This document shows, piece by piece, positions 37,323-46,733 of a stretch of 52,936 bases of DNA. Source of the stretch: a virus. Its lineage: Duplodnaviria; Caudoviricetes. The stretch lies in the IMG/VR virus record IMGVR_UViG_3300007959_000003, positions 1 through 52,936 of that record; one strand, given 5' to 3'. A program made the position numbers and the translations under genes. The stretch's first letter is position 1, and every line of letters starts with the position of its first letter. The notes beneath the pieces were generated by a model. It made no database searches and was not told the origin of the DNA. It worked only from the letters and a program-made list of their open reading frames with translations.

Positions 37323-37955
37323 CTATCTCGTACCCCTAGACGGGGTGAAAATTGCTCTTTCTGCATCCCACCCGTCTCTTCGGACGCGCTGCTCTATCAG
37401 TCGGCAAGCGATACCAGACCTTTCAGCCCAATCGCAAACTGGCATTGATTCGCCCCGCGCGGTCAGGACCAAATTGGTCCGCATGTTGCGAAGGTTCTGT
37501 TTCAACGAAACCCAGTGGCAGTTTTCAGGCGAGTACCCTTTATTGTTGTCAATACGGTCCAATTGGGCTTTTTCGAAAGGGCGGAACCCCATGTCCTCTA
37601 AAAAATTACCGAATGAGTTCATCCACCGGTCACAAACGGTAATCCCTCGGCCCCCATAGGCGGCCCAACGAGCATTATTGGGGTTTGTACAGCGTTGGCG
37701 CATCTGGTTCCAGACCCTATACTCCTTGGACGTACTACCGCCATGGGTTATGCGCGCACGCCCTGCGACATCCCGTTTAAGACACCCGCAAGATTTGGTC
37801 ACACCCTGGCGAAGGACTGAACCTCTTACAGTCGCCTTATTCCCGCAGTCACAAATACAGTCCCAGCAAAGAACCCCGCTAATCCGCTCAGTGGACTCTT
37901 TGACAACGAGCAACCGCCCGAACCTTACGCCTGTTAAATCTATTTTCCCGGCCAT
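37323..37955 (-). CDS. Free-standing HNH-type homing endonuclease
   Basis: DLTGVRFGRL, CICDCG, KSCGC, YGGRGITVCDRW, LDRIDNNKGYSPENCHW. Confidence 0.9.
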   Translation of the reverse strand: MAGKIDLTGVRFGRLLVVKESTERISGVLCWDCICDCGNKATVRGSVLRQGVTKSCGCLKRDVAGRARITHGGSTSKEYRVWNQMRQRCTNPNNARWAAYGGRGITVCDRWMNSFGNFLEDMGFRPFEKAQLDRIDNNKGYSPENCHWVSLKQNLRNMRTNLVLTARGESMPVCDWAERSGIACRLIEQRVRRDGWDAERAIFTPSRGTR

Positions 37956-37956
37956 G

Positions 37957-38400
37957 TCAAAACTCCTCCTTGATCTCACAGACTCGGACCAGTGCTCCCG
38001 GTCGGTCTCCGTAGACTTTGCTGACGTGAGCGATTACCGAAACCTGCTGGTCATCCATCCACGCGATGTTGGTGAGGGCGTCAAAGACGCACCGGGTTAG
38101 TTTGTCGCTGTCCGGCTTGATGGTGTGGTACTTCGGGGCGTCATCCCGCAGGATCTGGGCTTTCTTCACGGAACGGTAGTGCGCCTTGGGCCGGGGCATT
38201 TTGAAAGCGATGCTGATCATTACCGGGCCAATGAGCGGCTTAGGGAAAAGCTCCCGGGCGACCGACGATATCATCGATGCCCAGGGCTTCTGCCTTTTCT
38301 TGTTGTCCTGCGTGATCACTACCCGGTCCAGGCTGGGGATGTAGAACCCCTTGGCGCTTCCCTTGGGAATTGGCACCCCCGGGACCCAGAACGAGATCAT
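37957..38400 (-). CDS. rusA: RusA Holliday junction resolvase
   Basis: PIPKGS, KPDSDKLTRCVFDALT, DDQQV. Confidence 0.92.
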   Translation of the reverse strand: MISFWVPGVPIPKGSAKGFYIPSLDRVVITQDNKKRQKPWASMISSVARELFPKPLIGPVMISIAFKMPRPKAHYRSVKKAQILRDDAPKYHTIKPDSDKLTRCVFDALTNIAWMDDQQVSVIAHVSKVYGDRPGALVRVCEIKEEF

Positions 38401-39563
38401 GCCGCCTCCAGCCACTCACCGATGACGCCCTCGAACTGGTACCACTCGGGGCCGAGACGCTCGACCAGGAATGCCGCGAAGAGAGAGTTGAAGAGCTGCA
38501 GGCCTTTCTCCAATAGCGCCATGCGCTCGAAGAAGACGGCCTCCCGCTCCATCTGCTCGTCGGTAGTGTTGTCCTTTTCGATCTTCACCGCCGGGGTAGT
38601 GAAGGACGCGAAGTGGAAGGCCTCGCCCTTGAGGGTCAGGCAGTAGTGATCGTCTCCGGTCTCCAGATGGATAGTTGCCTCGGTGATCTTCTTGGTCCCG
38701 TGGAGCGCGTTCTTCACTTCGCTGAACCGATCCTGTGGGCCGTTGATGGTCACCATCTGCTTGCCGTTCTCTCCCGATCCGACCAGAACCACCTTGTCGT
38801 TGATATAGGCGACAAACTGCGTCCCGCGCTTCTCCGGCCCCGGCTGGTTGACGCGGTACTCGGAATCGCTGTTCATGGTCTGGTAGAGCAGGAACTGCAG
38901 GAAGTCCATACCGATCCACTTGTTTTCCTGAATCAGCTCAAGGTAGTTGTCGCCGGACGCCTTATTCGCCAGGGTGAGCAGCGGGCGATACGGGTCGGGC
39001 AGCACGGACATGGCGCGCTCGTAGGGGTGAAGCGCGGTGAGGCGCAGGCCCTCGAAGGTCTGCTTGAAAAGGTCCTCAAGGATCTCCACGATCTTCGGCG
39101 AGAACGTGGTGAAGGTGACGATGTTCCGCTCGGTGTCCCAGACGAGGTCGTAGACCTTCGGGTCGGGCAGCGTCTTGGCGAGAAGTTTTAGCCGGGTCTG
39201 CTCCTTCAGCTCCTCCTTGCGCTGTTTCGGGACGCGGGTGAAGTTGAGGTTCTCAGCGAGGAATAACTCGCATGCTTTGTCGAGATGTTCCTTGAGCAGA
39301 GCGGCCGGGACTTTGCGCTGGTCACGGCGCAGGGAGAAGGTCAGATAACGGTCGCGCCAGCATGCGGAGGCGTCGGCAAAAGCGTGCTCTTTCGGATCTT
39401 CCAGCTGAACCCATCCAGTGGAGAGTTCTTCGAGCGAATCGTCAATCGGGGTGAAGGCGCGCAGCGCGAGCAACTGAGCAGCGTTCTCGTAAAGGTCGCC
39501 CTTGGCGAGTTCGCCCCGGACCTGGAAGTGGCAGATGCTGACGGTATTGGCAAGGATGCCCAT
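38397..39563 (-). CDS. rdgC: Recombination-associated protein RdgC (Geobacter type)
   Basis: EELSTGWV, FSLRRDQRKVP, LFKQTF, GMDFLQFL. Confidence 0.85.
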   Translation of the reverse strand: MGILANTVSICHFQVRGELAKGDLYENAAQLLALRAFTPIDDSLEELSTGWVQLEDPKEHAFADASACWRDRYLTFSLRRDQRKVPAALLKEHLDKACELFLAENLNFTRVPKQRKEELKEQTRLKLLAKTLPDPKVYDLVWDTERNIVTFTTFSPKIVEILEDLFKQTFEGLRLTALHPYERAMSVLPDPYRPLLTLANKASGDNYLELIQENKWIGMDFLQFLLYQTMNSDSEYRVNQPGPEKRGTQFVAYINDKVVLVGSGENGKQMVTINGPQDRFSEVKNALHGTKKITEATIHLETGDDHYCLTLKGEAFHFASFTTPAVKIEKDNTTDEQMEREAVFFERMALLEKGLQLFNSLFAAFLVERLGPEWYQFEGVIGEWLEAA

Positions 39564-39586
39564 GGTGATTCTCCTTTTGGTTGGGC

Positions 39587-40048
39587 CTATGCGGCCAGTT
39601 TGATTCCCTTAATTGCCCGGGTCTTGGTGAACGTCTGGTAGGCCCTGCCAGCGGACTCCGCGTTGATGATGTCGAAGGAGTCCTGCTCCGTGGCGCCGGG
39701 GTAGTCGTAATCGGTCGCCGGACGGGTGTCGCTCCCCTTGAACCTCACCCTCATCGTCTCCGCACCGTCATGCCCGACGCTTTCGATGTTGCTCGACACC
39801 ACCGGGATCATCTCGATCTCCGGCGGGGTGTAGGGGGGTGTCTCCTGCTGCTTAGTTTCCGTGTTCATCGTTTCCTCCTTGGTTTGGGTGCTGCATGGTT
39901 GGCATACCACTCGAAGCCCGACTTCTGTGCATTGGGTCCATACCCGCTTAGCGCCGGGTATTTCGTCTTCGGACGGATCATGCGGTTTGGACCAGCTACA
40001 TTTTGGGTGACATTTCTGGTTTCCTGCCCGGCTGCAGATCACTAGCAT
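39587..40048 (-). CDS. KTSC-domain protein with Cys-rich N-terminal extension (alternative start 39868)
   Basis: MIPVVSSNIESVGHD...YDYPG...AESAGRAY. Confidence 0.75.
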   Translation of the reverse strand: MLVICSRAGNQKCHPKCSWSKPHDPSEDEIPGAKRVWTQCTEVGLRVVCQPCSTQTKEETMNTETKQQETPPYTPPEIEMIPVVSSNIESVGHDGAETMRVRFKGSDTRPATDYDYPGATEQDSFDIINAESAGRAYQTFTKTRAIKGIKLAA

Positions 40049-40893
40049 CTCCGCCTCCGGTAATCCTCGCCGCCGACATTGGCCCCTGTGCACATTTCGA
40101 AAAGTCGGGATGTAATGGCCTTACCGTTCCAGGCGTAGCGTGCCTCCACAGCCTTCAGCCCGACGTTCGTGGTGATGATGACGGGAAGCTTCTTGACGTA
40201 GCGGGCGTTGATAATCTCGTAGAGCACCTCCTCCACCCACTCGCTCGGTTTTTCCTTGCCCAAGTCGTCCAGAACCAGCAGTGAGCAACCCATAATTATC
40301 CGCTTCACCTCCGCCTCGGATGCTCGGTTATCATCGAACGTCGCCTTGATTCGGCCTAGGATAGTGGGAACGGTTCCGAAGATAACGGCTCGGTTAAGCT
40401 TCACCTGATTGATCGCGATAGCCGCAGCAAGGTGAGTCTTTCCGGTCCCTGGTTCGCCCATGAAGAGCAAGCTCTGTTTGCCACCCGTCGGCGGCCAGTT
40501 CCGTGCCATCAGGTATGCAGCTCGGTTCTCAGGGGTAACTCTGTAGGACTCGAAGGTGCGGTCGCGGAAATGGTCGGGAATCTCCTCGAAGAATCGGGCG
40601 ACCTGGAAGCGCCGGTCGGTCTCCTTCGCCTCTTCGGCCCTGCTCTCAGCTTCACGGTCTTCTGCCGACCTGTTGGCTACCGCCCCCTCGCACATGCAGG
40701 GCTTATAGACAGCCCATGGCAGCCCGGCAACAGCCAAGCTCTCCCGCGCATCCCCACAGAATTCGCACTCAGCCACTCCCATGGGCGAGAAACTCTTGCG
40801 TGAGGTCGTCGCTGAAGTCGCCAGGCCGAAGGCTGCTCGCTTTTGTTCCAGGTTGTGCTGCGCTATTTCGATTTCGTTTTGCATTGAGGTCAT
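40042..40893 (-). CDS. DnaC/IstB-like helicase loader ATPase
   Basis: GEPGTGKTHLA, LVLDDLGKE, IITTN, SRLFEM. Confidence 0.92.
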   Translation of the reverse strand: MTSMQNEIEIAQHNLEQKRAAFGLATSATTSRKSFSPMGVAECEFCGDARESLAVAGLPWAVYKPCMCEGAVANRSAEDREAESRAEEAKETDRRFQVARFFEEIPDHFRDRTFESYRVTPENRAAYLMARNWPPTGGKQSLLFMGEPGTGKTHLAAAIAINQVKLNRAVIFGTVPTILGRIKATFDDNRASEAEVKRIIMGCSLLVLDDLGKEKPSEWVEEVLYEIINARYVKKLPVIITTNVGLKAVEARYAWNGKAITSRLFEMCTGANVGGEDYRRRRC

Positions 40894-41611
40894 CCTTTCT
40901 GTTCGTTAGGAATCGGCTGATATAAAGCCAAACATCCGGGCCGGGCGACCGCGCCCGTGCCTTGACCACCATCTCCTCAACCTGTACGTCAATCTCGTTG
41001 TCGGTCATTTCAAACTTCTGGCGGATGAACGGTCTCTTCTCTTGAGCCATCTCCCGAATCAGTTTTTCGGTGAGCGGTACCTTCTCCTCTTCTTTTGGAG
41101 ATGGAGATGGAGATGGAGATGGAGATGGAGATGGAGATGGAGATGGGGCATTGCTCAAATCATGCAGTAGCATCGATTTAGCATTGCTAAAACCATGCTC
41201 GGAGCATGGTATATTCCCGTTTCTTTTCTCCCACTTAGCTTTTGCGGCCTTACGGGCCTTGTCAGAACGTGCTTGAGCATCCGATGCCCAAGGATTATTT
41301 GCCTGCCAGTCGTGAACAAGGTAGAGCGACCGTTTTCGATCTAAAAATTTCAATTCGCACAGTGCAGAGATGAAAATTCCTGGTTCGCCTTCCCACTGAG
41401 CGGCGACTGCAATGTCGGTTTCGTCCATGCCTCTCAGCTCACCATGCGGCCGGTTTTCGGCTACCCACAACCACAAAAAAACCAGTGAAACAATTCCGTC
41501 AGATCCTAATGCTCTTTTTAGTCGTTTCGTTTTGTGATGGTTGGGAAAAGTAACAGCCAGTCGGATATCAACATTCACTACTCCCCTCCTAATTTCGATT
41601 AAAGTGCTCAT
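40769..41611 (-). CDS. Replication initiator protein
   Basis: HHKTKRLKRALG...LWLW...HDWQANNPW; PS linker; upstream of DnaC. Confidence 0.8.
   Translation of the reverse strand: MSTLIEIRRGVVNVDIRLAVTFPNHHKTKRLKRALGSDGIVSLVFLWLWVAENRPHGELRGMDETDIAVAAQWEGEPGIFISALCELKFLDRKRSLYLVHDWQANNPWASDAQARSDKARKAAKAKWEKRNGNIPCSEHGFSNAKSMLLHDLSNAPSPSPSPSPSPSPSPSPKEEEKVPLTEKLIREMAQEKRPFIRQKFEMTDNEIDVQVEEMVVKARARSPGPDVWLYISRFLTNRKDDLNAKRNRNSAAQPGTKASSLRPGDFSDDLTQEFLAHGSG
41097..41144. repeat. (GGAGAT)8 microsatellite encoding (PS)8
   Basis: Eight perfect hexamers. Confidence 0.95.
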
Positions 41612-41831
41612 TCAAACCTTGCCGTCTCAGCTTCCGGTAAAACGTCGGGTACGGGATGTCGAGGGTCCTTGCAGCGTCCCTACGATTGAGTCCCATTCTG
41701 GCCATTCTTTGGACCTGTGAGGGGTCCAAGAGAAGGCTGGCCAGATAGCAGGCGCGGCTGCAATGGTTCAGGTGCTCCCGGCACGCAGAGACGATCATCT
41801 TCCGTCCGCAGTGGGCGCAGATGATGGTCAT
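41589..41831 (-). CDS. Zinc-finger plus Fis-type HTH protein
   Basis: CAHCG...CSRAC; NRRDAARTLDIPYPTFYRKL. Confidence 0.75.
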   Translation of the reverse strand: MTIICAHCGRKMIVSACREHLNHCSRACYLASLLLDPSQVQRMARMGLNRRDAARTLDIPYPTFYRKLRRQGLNEHFNRN

Positions 41832-42067
41832 GGGTATATCCTCCTTATCTCGGAGTTGATGGTGTCCAGAGGAGCAGAGGCGTTCGCCATATCCTCGGTT
41901 CCGAATTCCTCAAGCCGGTACAGGTCAACCGCTCGGTTGATCGGTTTCACAGCGCCTTTAAGCCGGTTCCACCTGGCGCTTTGCGGCTTCTCCAGTTGCA
42001 TCACGGCATCGACTGCGCCAAGAGCCACTGAGAGCCAGAGGGAGGCTGATTTTTGCTCGTTGGTCAC
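41828..42067 (-). CDS. Hypothetical protein
   Basis: Coupled to neighbours at both ends; AGGAGG SD. Confidence 0.65.
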   Translation of the reverse strand: MTNEQKSASLWLSVALGAVDAVMQLEKPQSARWNRLKGAVKPINRAVDLYRLEEFGTEDMANASAPLDTINSEIRRIYP

Positions 42068-43520
42068 GCCGCTATCCTCCTTTCCTCTCCGCCGACGTTG
42101 GGCGGGATTGCATCAACCATGGCAATTCTTCTCCCAATCCATTCCATGCAAGGCACTGCCATCGAATTCCCTAGCGACTTGTACCTTGGGCCGTCGGCGG
42201 CCATCTTGCCCTTCTTGTTGATCGGAATGAAGGTATAGCCCTTCAGAAAGCCCTGGAGCAGTTCACACTCTTCGGGAGTCAAGCGACGCACTGCTGATGC
42301 TGAAATATAGCTGCGTGAACTTCCACCGCTTGCCGCCCTCAGGCTTGCCACGTCTGCCATTTCTGGCATTGCGCCACCTTCACGGCCCCTTAGATTGAAC
42401 GCCAAGATATGACTGTTTGGGTCCGTCCCGGTTGTGAGCGCATCGGTGCGGTCTCCGGTATCCCATGCCCCGCAGTTGCCCGATGTGCGGTAGGCTGTCG
42501 CAATCCCATGCTGCGCCCCAGCCTGGAGCGTGTACATCGGGTCTCCGTCCGTCCCAATGCCAATCCCGGCGCGCGGATCATCGGTTGAGGTACCCGTGCG
42601 CTTGCCAACTTCTTGGAGCGGAACCGCCACCAACGGAGTGCCCCGCCCGGTCCCGTCCTCGCTGGCGTCGAACCCTTCCCCACGAAGGGTATGGGTAACC
42701 AGCATCCCATTCTCGGCATCCTGCTGTGTTGCCGAACCTGCGGCTTTGCCGTTGGCAGAGAGACAACCAGCGATAGCCTGATATCCTGTGGTGTCCATGG
42801 TGTATGCCACACCGGAATCATCGTAGCCCTTGCCGTTCTGACTCTTGTCTATTCCCCGACCATCTTGGATCGCTATCAAATGCCCTGCTTGTCCTTGGTT
42901 ATCATCTGCGCCGCATGTTCCAACGCCGCTTGAAGTGAGGGCGGCAACTGGCGGCCCCGCTTTTCTGCTCGGCGGAGAATGCCCTTGCAGGCTGTGGCGC
43001 TCAAAAAGAACCGCTGCGGCACGTCGCCAGTCTCCAAAATGTCCGACAACGAAGACGCGACGGCGGCGCTGTGGTACTCCGGCGTATTGAGCGTCAAGAA
43101 CCCGGTAGGCGAACCCATACCCGAGTTCCCCCAGGCCCCCGAGGAAGGTTCCAAAATCCCTGCCCCCCCGGAGGACAGGACGCCGGGGACGTTCTCCCAA
43201 ACCAGCCACTTGGGCCGATAGCGGTCAGCAATGGCAAGATAGGTGAGCATGAGGTTGCCACGCGGATCGTCCAGTCCCTTTCTGAGTCCTGCAACGCTGA
43301 AGGATTGGCAGGGGGTTCCTCCAACGAGAACATCGATAGCTGCATCAGGCCACTCCTTGAATTTGGTCATGTCACCGTAGTTCGGCACATGGGGGTAATG
43401 GTGAGCCAACACTTGGCACGGGAAAGGCTCTATCTCTGAAAAAAATTGAGGTTCCCATCCAAGTTGATGCCACGCAATGGTGGCGGCCTCAATTCCACTA
43501 CATACGCTGCCGTACTTCAT
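42064..43520 (-). CDS. C5 cytosine DNA methyltransferase alpha subunit, frameshifted at the G7 tract 43163-43169
   Basis: Motif I CSGIEA, IV GGTPCQSFS, VI ENVPG; after the shift RDFGTF, VIII PQRRRRVF, RRLTPEECE, X LGNS. Confidence 0.88.
42876..43345 (-). CDS. Nested beta subunit of the C5 MTase (EcoHK31I-like, +1 frame), broken by the same G7 tract
   Basis: MQLSMFSLEE...SCPPGG joins AGILEPSS...SLSDILE...FFLSATACKGILRRAEKRG if the tract is G8. Confidence 0.75.
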
Positions 43521-43568
43521 GGCATCACCGGCTGCGGGTCGATACGGTAGGGGCCGGTGTAGGTTTTC

Positions 43569-46500
43569 TTACGCTGCATCTTTCCCCTCCATTTCCAGAA
43601 CGCTGAACAGCGATGGCATCATGATCTCATCCTCTGCGGCCTTAGCATAGGCGGCGGAGTCAAGGAAGTAGGGGGTAGAGAGTTCGGTGCCCCAGCCTAT
43701 ACGCCCGGCCATGATGGCGCGCTGCACCACGGTCCCGATCCCGTCGAAGCAGTCGTAAACGACCTCCCCCGGATTGGTCCACTGGTTGATAGCCCGGTCG
43801 ACGATGTCGAACTGGAGCGGACACAGATGCATCTCCCGACCCTTCGCCGACTGCGCTTGGTTGAGAGTTCTCATGCGGGTGATGTCGGTCCAGACTTCTT
43901 CCGACCAGCTCTGAGGCTGGAGCAGCATGAAGTCGGAAGGGAGCCGGCCTTTCAGCTCCAGGGATTCCGCGATGCGTACTACCTGCTCAAAGTCGAAGAT
44001 CTGCTCCAGGCTGTACTTCTTGAACGCCTGGAAGATCTGTGAGTGCGTGAGCCCTTCCAGGTCCTCGGGCATGAGCGGCCGGTCTCCGCTGGAGCGCGTG
44101 AAACCGTGGGCGTCCATCTGCCAGCGGGAGCGGGTGTACTTCCCCTTGTCCTTCACCACCGGGAGGTCGGCATATCCGTTGGAGGTGTCGGTAGGCGGCT
44201 TGCGGAACAGGAGCAGGTATTCGGGCATCCCGAAGCCCATGCGGGAGCCGTCCTTGCACTGCTCCGTCCAGCCGAGGCGATAGGTCTGCGCGTTCTCCCG
44301 AACCACGTCGGTGACGATGGTCTTGCGGCCCAGGAATCCGAAACCAGCCTTTTCGAAGTGGTCGCAGGTCTTGTCCGCAAACCGATAGTTGGTCTGGAAT
44401 CCCATCCCGGTTAGCCCGCTCGGGGTGATCCGGTCCTTGACATGGATCGCGGCCAGCCGGCCGGGCTGCAGCACCCGGAACAACTCGGGGATCAGGAAGT
44501 CCATGTGCTGGAAGAAATGATCATTGTTGTCCGTGTGCCCCATGTCGGCGTAGTTCGGGCTGTATTCGTACTGGGTGCTGAACGGGATGCTGGTCATGAC
44601 CAGGTGCACGCTGTTATCCGCCATGCGCCGGGTCTCCAGCACGCAGTCATCGTTCACCAGCCGGTACCGGTCCCCGACGATCTCGATGCGATCCTTCACC
44701 CCCATTGCGCGGGTGAGGTGCGCGGCCATGGCTCCCACTGAGAGCCCATATTCTTTGATGATCTCGGCCATTTTGCTCATCATCTCCTTATGCTGTTTCC
44801 ACTTTTTGAGAAAGTTTCTCCGGATTGATCGTTCAGCTTCTGTATAGATGAAGTGAATGATGCACTGGTACAGCTGAAGGAACCGGTGCACCCGGTGGAT
44901 GCCTTGGAAAATATCCTGGAACTTGAAACCGATGCCCGCGAAGATCATGATGTGGGCCTGTTGAAGGTTAACCCCGGCGCCGTACATCGTCGGCTTGCTG
45001 AGGAAAACTACGGTCTCTTTGTTCCGCCACATATCCAAGAGCCTTTCGCGTTCTTCTTGGCTCTGGCTGCCAGTGAGCGATGAATATGAAACACCCTCTG
45101 CATCAAGCATCTTTTCGATAGCTTTTTGCTCATCGTTTAGGTCGCACCAGATAACGATTTGGAGAGGTACTGAGCGGCCGCTAACAGCAGGTCTGGCCGG
45201 TCCTTGAATGCTCCCAGTCCCACATTGCAGTGGTGACAAAGAAGTCCCCTGACCTTTCCCGTCGCATGGCAATGATCCACGTGAAGGTTCTCCTTCCCGG
45301 CTACAGGTTGGAACGTCCCGCAAATGGCACAGTTCCCGCCCTGGTCCTGCGACATCTGGTTGAAGGTCTCCGTTGAAATTCCGAACAGCCTCCTCAACCT
45401 GCGGTCCCTGGATGGGGCTTTCTTTTCCTCTTTGGTCTTGTGGTACCAGGCCTTTTCCTGTGCGCGGATTCGGTCGTGATTCTTCACCCGGTGGGATCGC
45501 TGCAACTCCTTCGTCCTTTCCGGGTTTTCTTCCTTCCACTTCTTCGACCTGGCTTTGTAGGCCTCTTTGTTGGCTTGGTAATTCTCCTTGCTCCGTACTT
45601 TCTGCTTCTCCAGCACGCTCGCTTTGTTTTTCTCGTACCATGCCTTCCAAAGTTCTTTCTTTCGAGCTTTCTTCAGGTCTTCCGTGGTCTCCACTCAGGT
45701 GCCTCCTTACCAACAATCTGATTTGATCTACCCGGCCGTCCAGGGAAAGCCGTTTCTCTTTTGCCGAGGACTGGATGTCAAGGCAGGCATCGGTCATGAG
45801 CCGGCCCTGCCCGCTCTTGTCGAATCCGGCACGGGAGTGGTCGGTCGGTATTTCATGCCAGCGGATATCCAGCTCGGGGAGGTTATAGCCTTCGTCGGAG
45901 AACCCCAGGTCGGAAGGCTTCTGAACGAAAAGCCCCCAGGTCGCCACCCACAGCCAGAACTCGCGCTCCTTATGCGGGTGGATGGTCAGCTGGTCCGCCT
46001 TCTCGGAGTTGCGCTTGAAGAAACGAGTCTTCGCCGCCGAGACGTCCATGATGCCGAGGTATGCCGAGTAGGCCAGCAGCTCGATATACTCGTTGGGTGA
46101 CGGGGTAGCGGTCGCAACGAACCGGTACGGCACTCCCACGACTCCGCGGCGGTCGCCCTTTGGCCCGGCGTCGCCGGTAAAGAGCCGCATGAACTCCCGG
46201 AAGGTCTTGGTCCCGCCGAAGCCGCGCAGGCAGCTCGCCTCATCCAGGCTGCAGGTGCTGAAGTTTCGAGGATCCAGTTTCCCATCCCGGACGGTCTGGT
46301 AGTTGGTGAGGTAGATCCCATCCGGATCGTCGCACTCCTCAAGGCTACGAACGAACTTGAGCCGGGGTACCCGGTCGGGGCGGCCTTTCTGCCATGCCTT
46401 CAGCTCGCGGCGCTGCTCATTGGTGATGTTCGGGTGAATACCGGTCGCCAGCATGCGAACGTCGCGCATAAACTCCTGACGGACGCCAAGAGGGACGATG

Positions 46501-46733
46501 ATGAGGCCCATGCCGCCGGCATGTTCCCGGGTGAGCCGGACCGCCTCGATCTGGGTGACGGTCTTGGCCAGGCCGAATGCCGCAAAGCACCCGCGCCGCC
46601 CGCCCTCCACCATCCACTGGACCATGGCCTTGTTGTGATCCTTCAGGATCGGGTTGATCTCGGAAATTTCGATATGGAAGCCGAAGCTCGGGGCCTGCGC
46701 CACCTTAGCGCGTAGGAAGTCTTCGTATTTCAC
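43569..46733 (-). CDS. SNF2-like helicase fused to an amino (N4/N6) DNA methyltransferase, with ~185-aa insertion
   Basis: FGLAKT, LDEAS, TATPSPN, GVNLQ; TSIPF, HLCPLQ, DCFDGIGT. Confidence 0.9.
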   Translation of the reverse strand: MKYEDFLRAKVAQAPSFGFHIEISEINPILKDHNKAMVQWMVEGGRRGCFAAFGLAKTVTQIEAVRLTREHAGGMGLIIVPLGVRQEFMRDVRMLATGIHPNITNEQRRELKAWQKGRPDRVPRLKFVRSLEECDDPDGIYLTNYQTVRDGKLDPRNFSTCSLDEASCLRGFGGTKTFREFMRLFTGDAGPKGDRRGVVGVPYRFVATATPSPNEYIELLAYSAYLGIMDVSAAKTRFFKRNSEKADQLTIHPHKEREFWLWVATWGLFVQKPSDLGFSDEGYNLPELDIRWHEIPTDHSRAGFDKSGQGRLMTDACLDIQSSAKEKRLSLDGRVDQIRLLVRRHLSGDHGRPEESSKERTLEGMVREKQSERAGEAESTEQGELPSQQRGLQSQVEEVEGRKPGKDEGVAAIPPGEESRPNPRTGKGLVPQDQRGKESPIQGPQVEEAVRNFNGDLQPDVAGPGRELCHLRDVPTCSREGEPSRGSLPCDGKGQGTSLSPLQCGTGSIQGPARPAVSGRSVPLQIVIWCDLNDEQKAIEKMLDAEGVSYSSLTGSQSQEERERLLDMWRNKETVVFLSKPTMYGAGVNLQQAHIMIFAGIGFKFQDIFQGIHRVHRFLQLYQCIIHFIYTEAERSIRRNFLKKWKQHKEMMSKMAEIIKEYGLSVGAMAAHLTRAMGVKDRIEIVGDRYRLVNDDCVLETRRMADNSVHLVMTSIPFSTQYEYSPNYADMGHTDNNDHFFQHMDFLIPELFRVLQPGRLAAIHVKDRITPSGLTGMGFQTNYRFADKTCDHFEKAGFGFLGRKTIVTDVVRENAQTYRLGWTEQCKDGSRMGFGMPEYLLLFRKPPTDTSNGYADLPVVKDKGKYTRSRWQMDAHGFTRSSGDRPLMPEDLEGLTHSQIFQAFKKYSLEQIFDFEQVVRIAESLELKGRLPSDFMLLQPQSWSEEVWTDITRMRTLNQAQSAKGREMHLCPLQFDIVDRAINQWTNPGEVVYDCFDGIGTVVQRAIMAGRIGWGTELSTPYFLDSAAYAKAAEDEIMMPSLFSVLEMEGKDAA
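45137..45694 (-). CDS. Endonuclease VII-type homing endonuclease nested in the +1 frame of the helicase-MTase
   Basis: QGGNCAIC...LHVDHCHATGKVRGLLCHHCNVGLG.FKD; TAAGGAGG SD 7 nt before GTG. Confidence 0.9.
   Translation of the reverse strand: METTEDLKKARKKELWKAWYEKNKASVLEKQKVRSKENYQANKEAYKARSKKWKEENPERTKELQRSHRVKNHDRIRAQEKAWYHKTKEEKKAPSRDRRLRRLFGISTETFNQMSQDQGGNCAICGTFQPVAGKENLHVDHCHATGKVRGLLCHHCNVGLGAFKDRPDLLLAAAQYLSKSLSGAT

Noticed and set aside
36647-37325. Genome-wide amber (TAG) recoding
   Set aside because: TAG ends normal genes such as int, the endolysin and the tail tube; no suppressor tRNA is present; the break near 36645 is a frameshift rather than an in-frame TAG.
45137-45710. 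Intein or group I intron explaining the helicase insert
   Set aside because: No C/S...HN-[CST] termini, the endonuclease is out of frame, and no non-coding flanks exist for an intron core.
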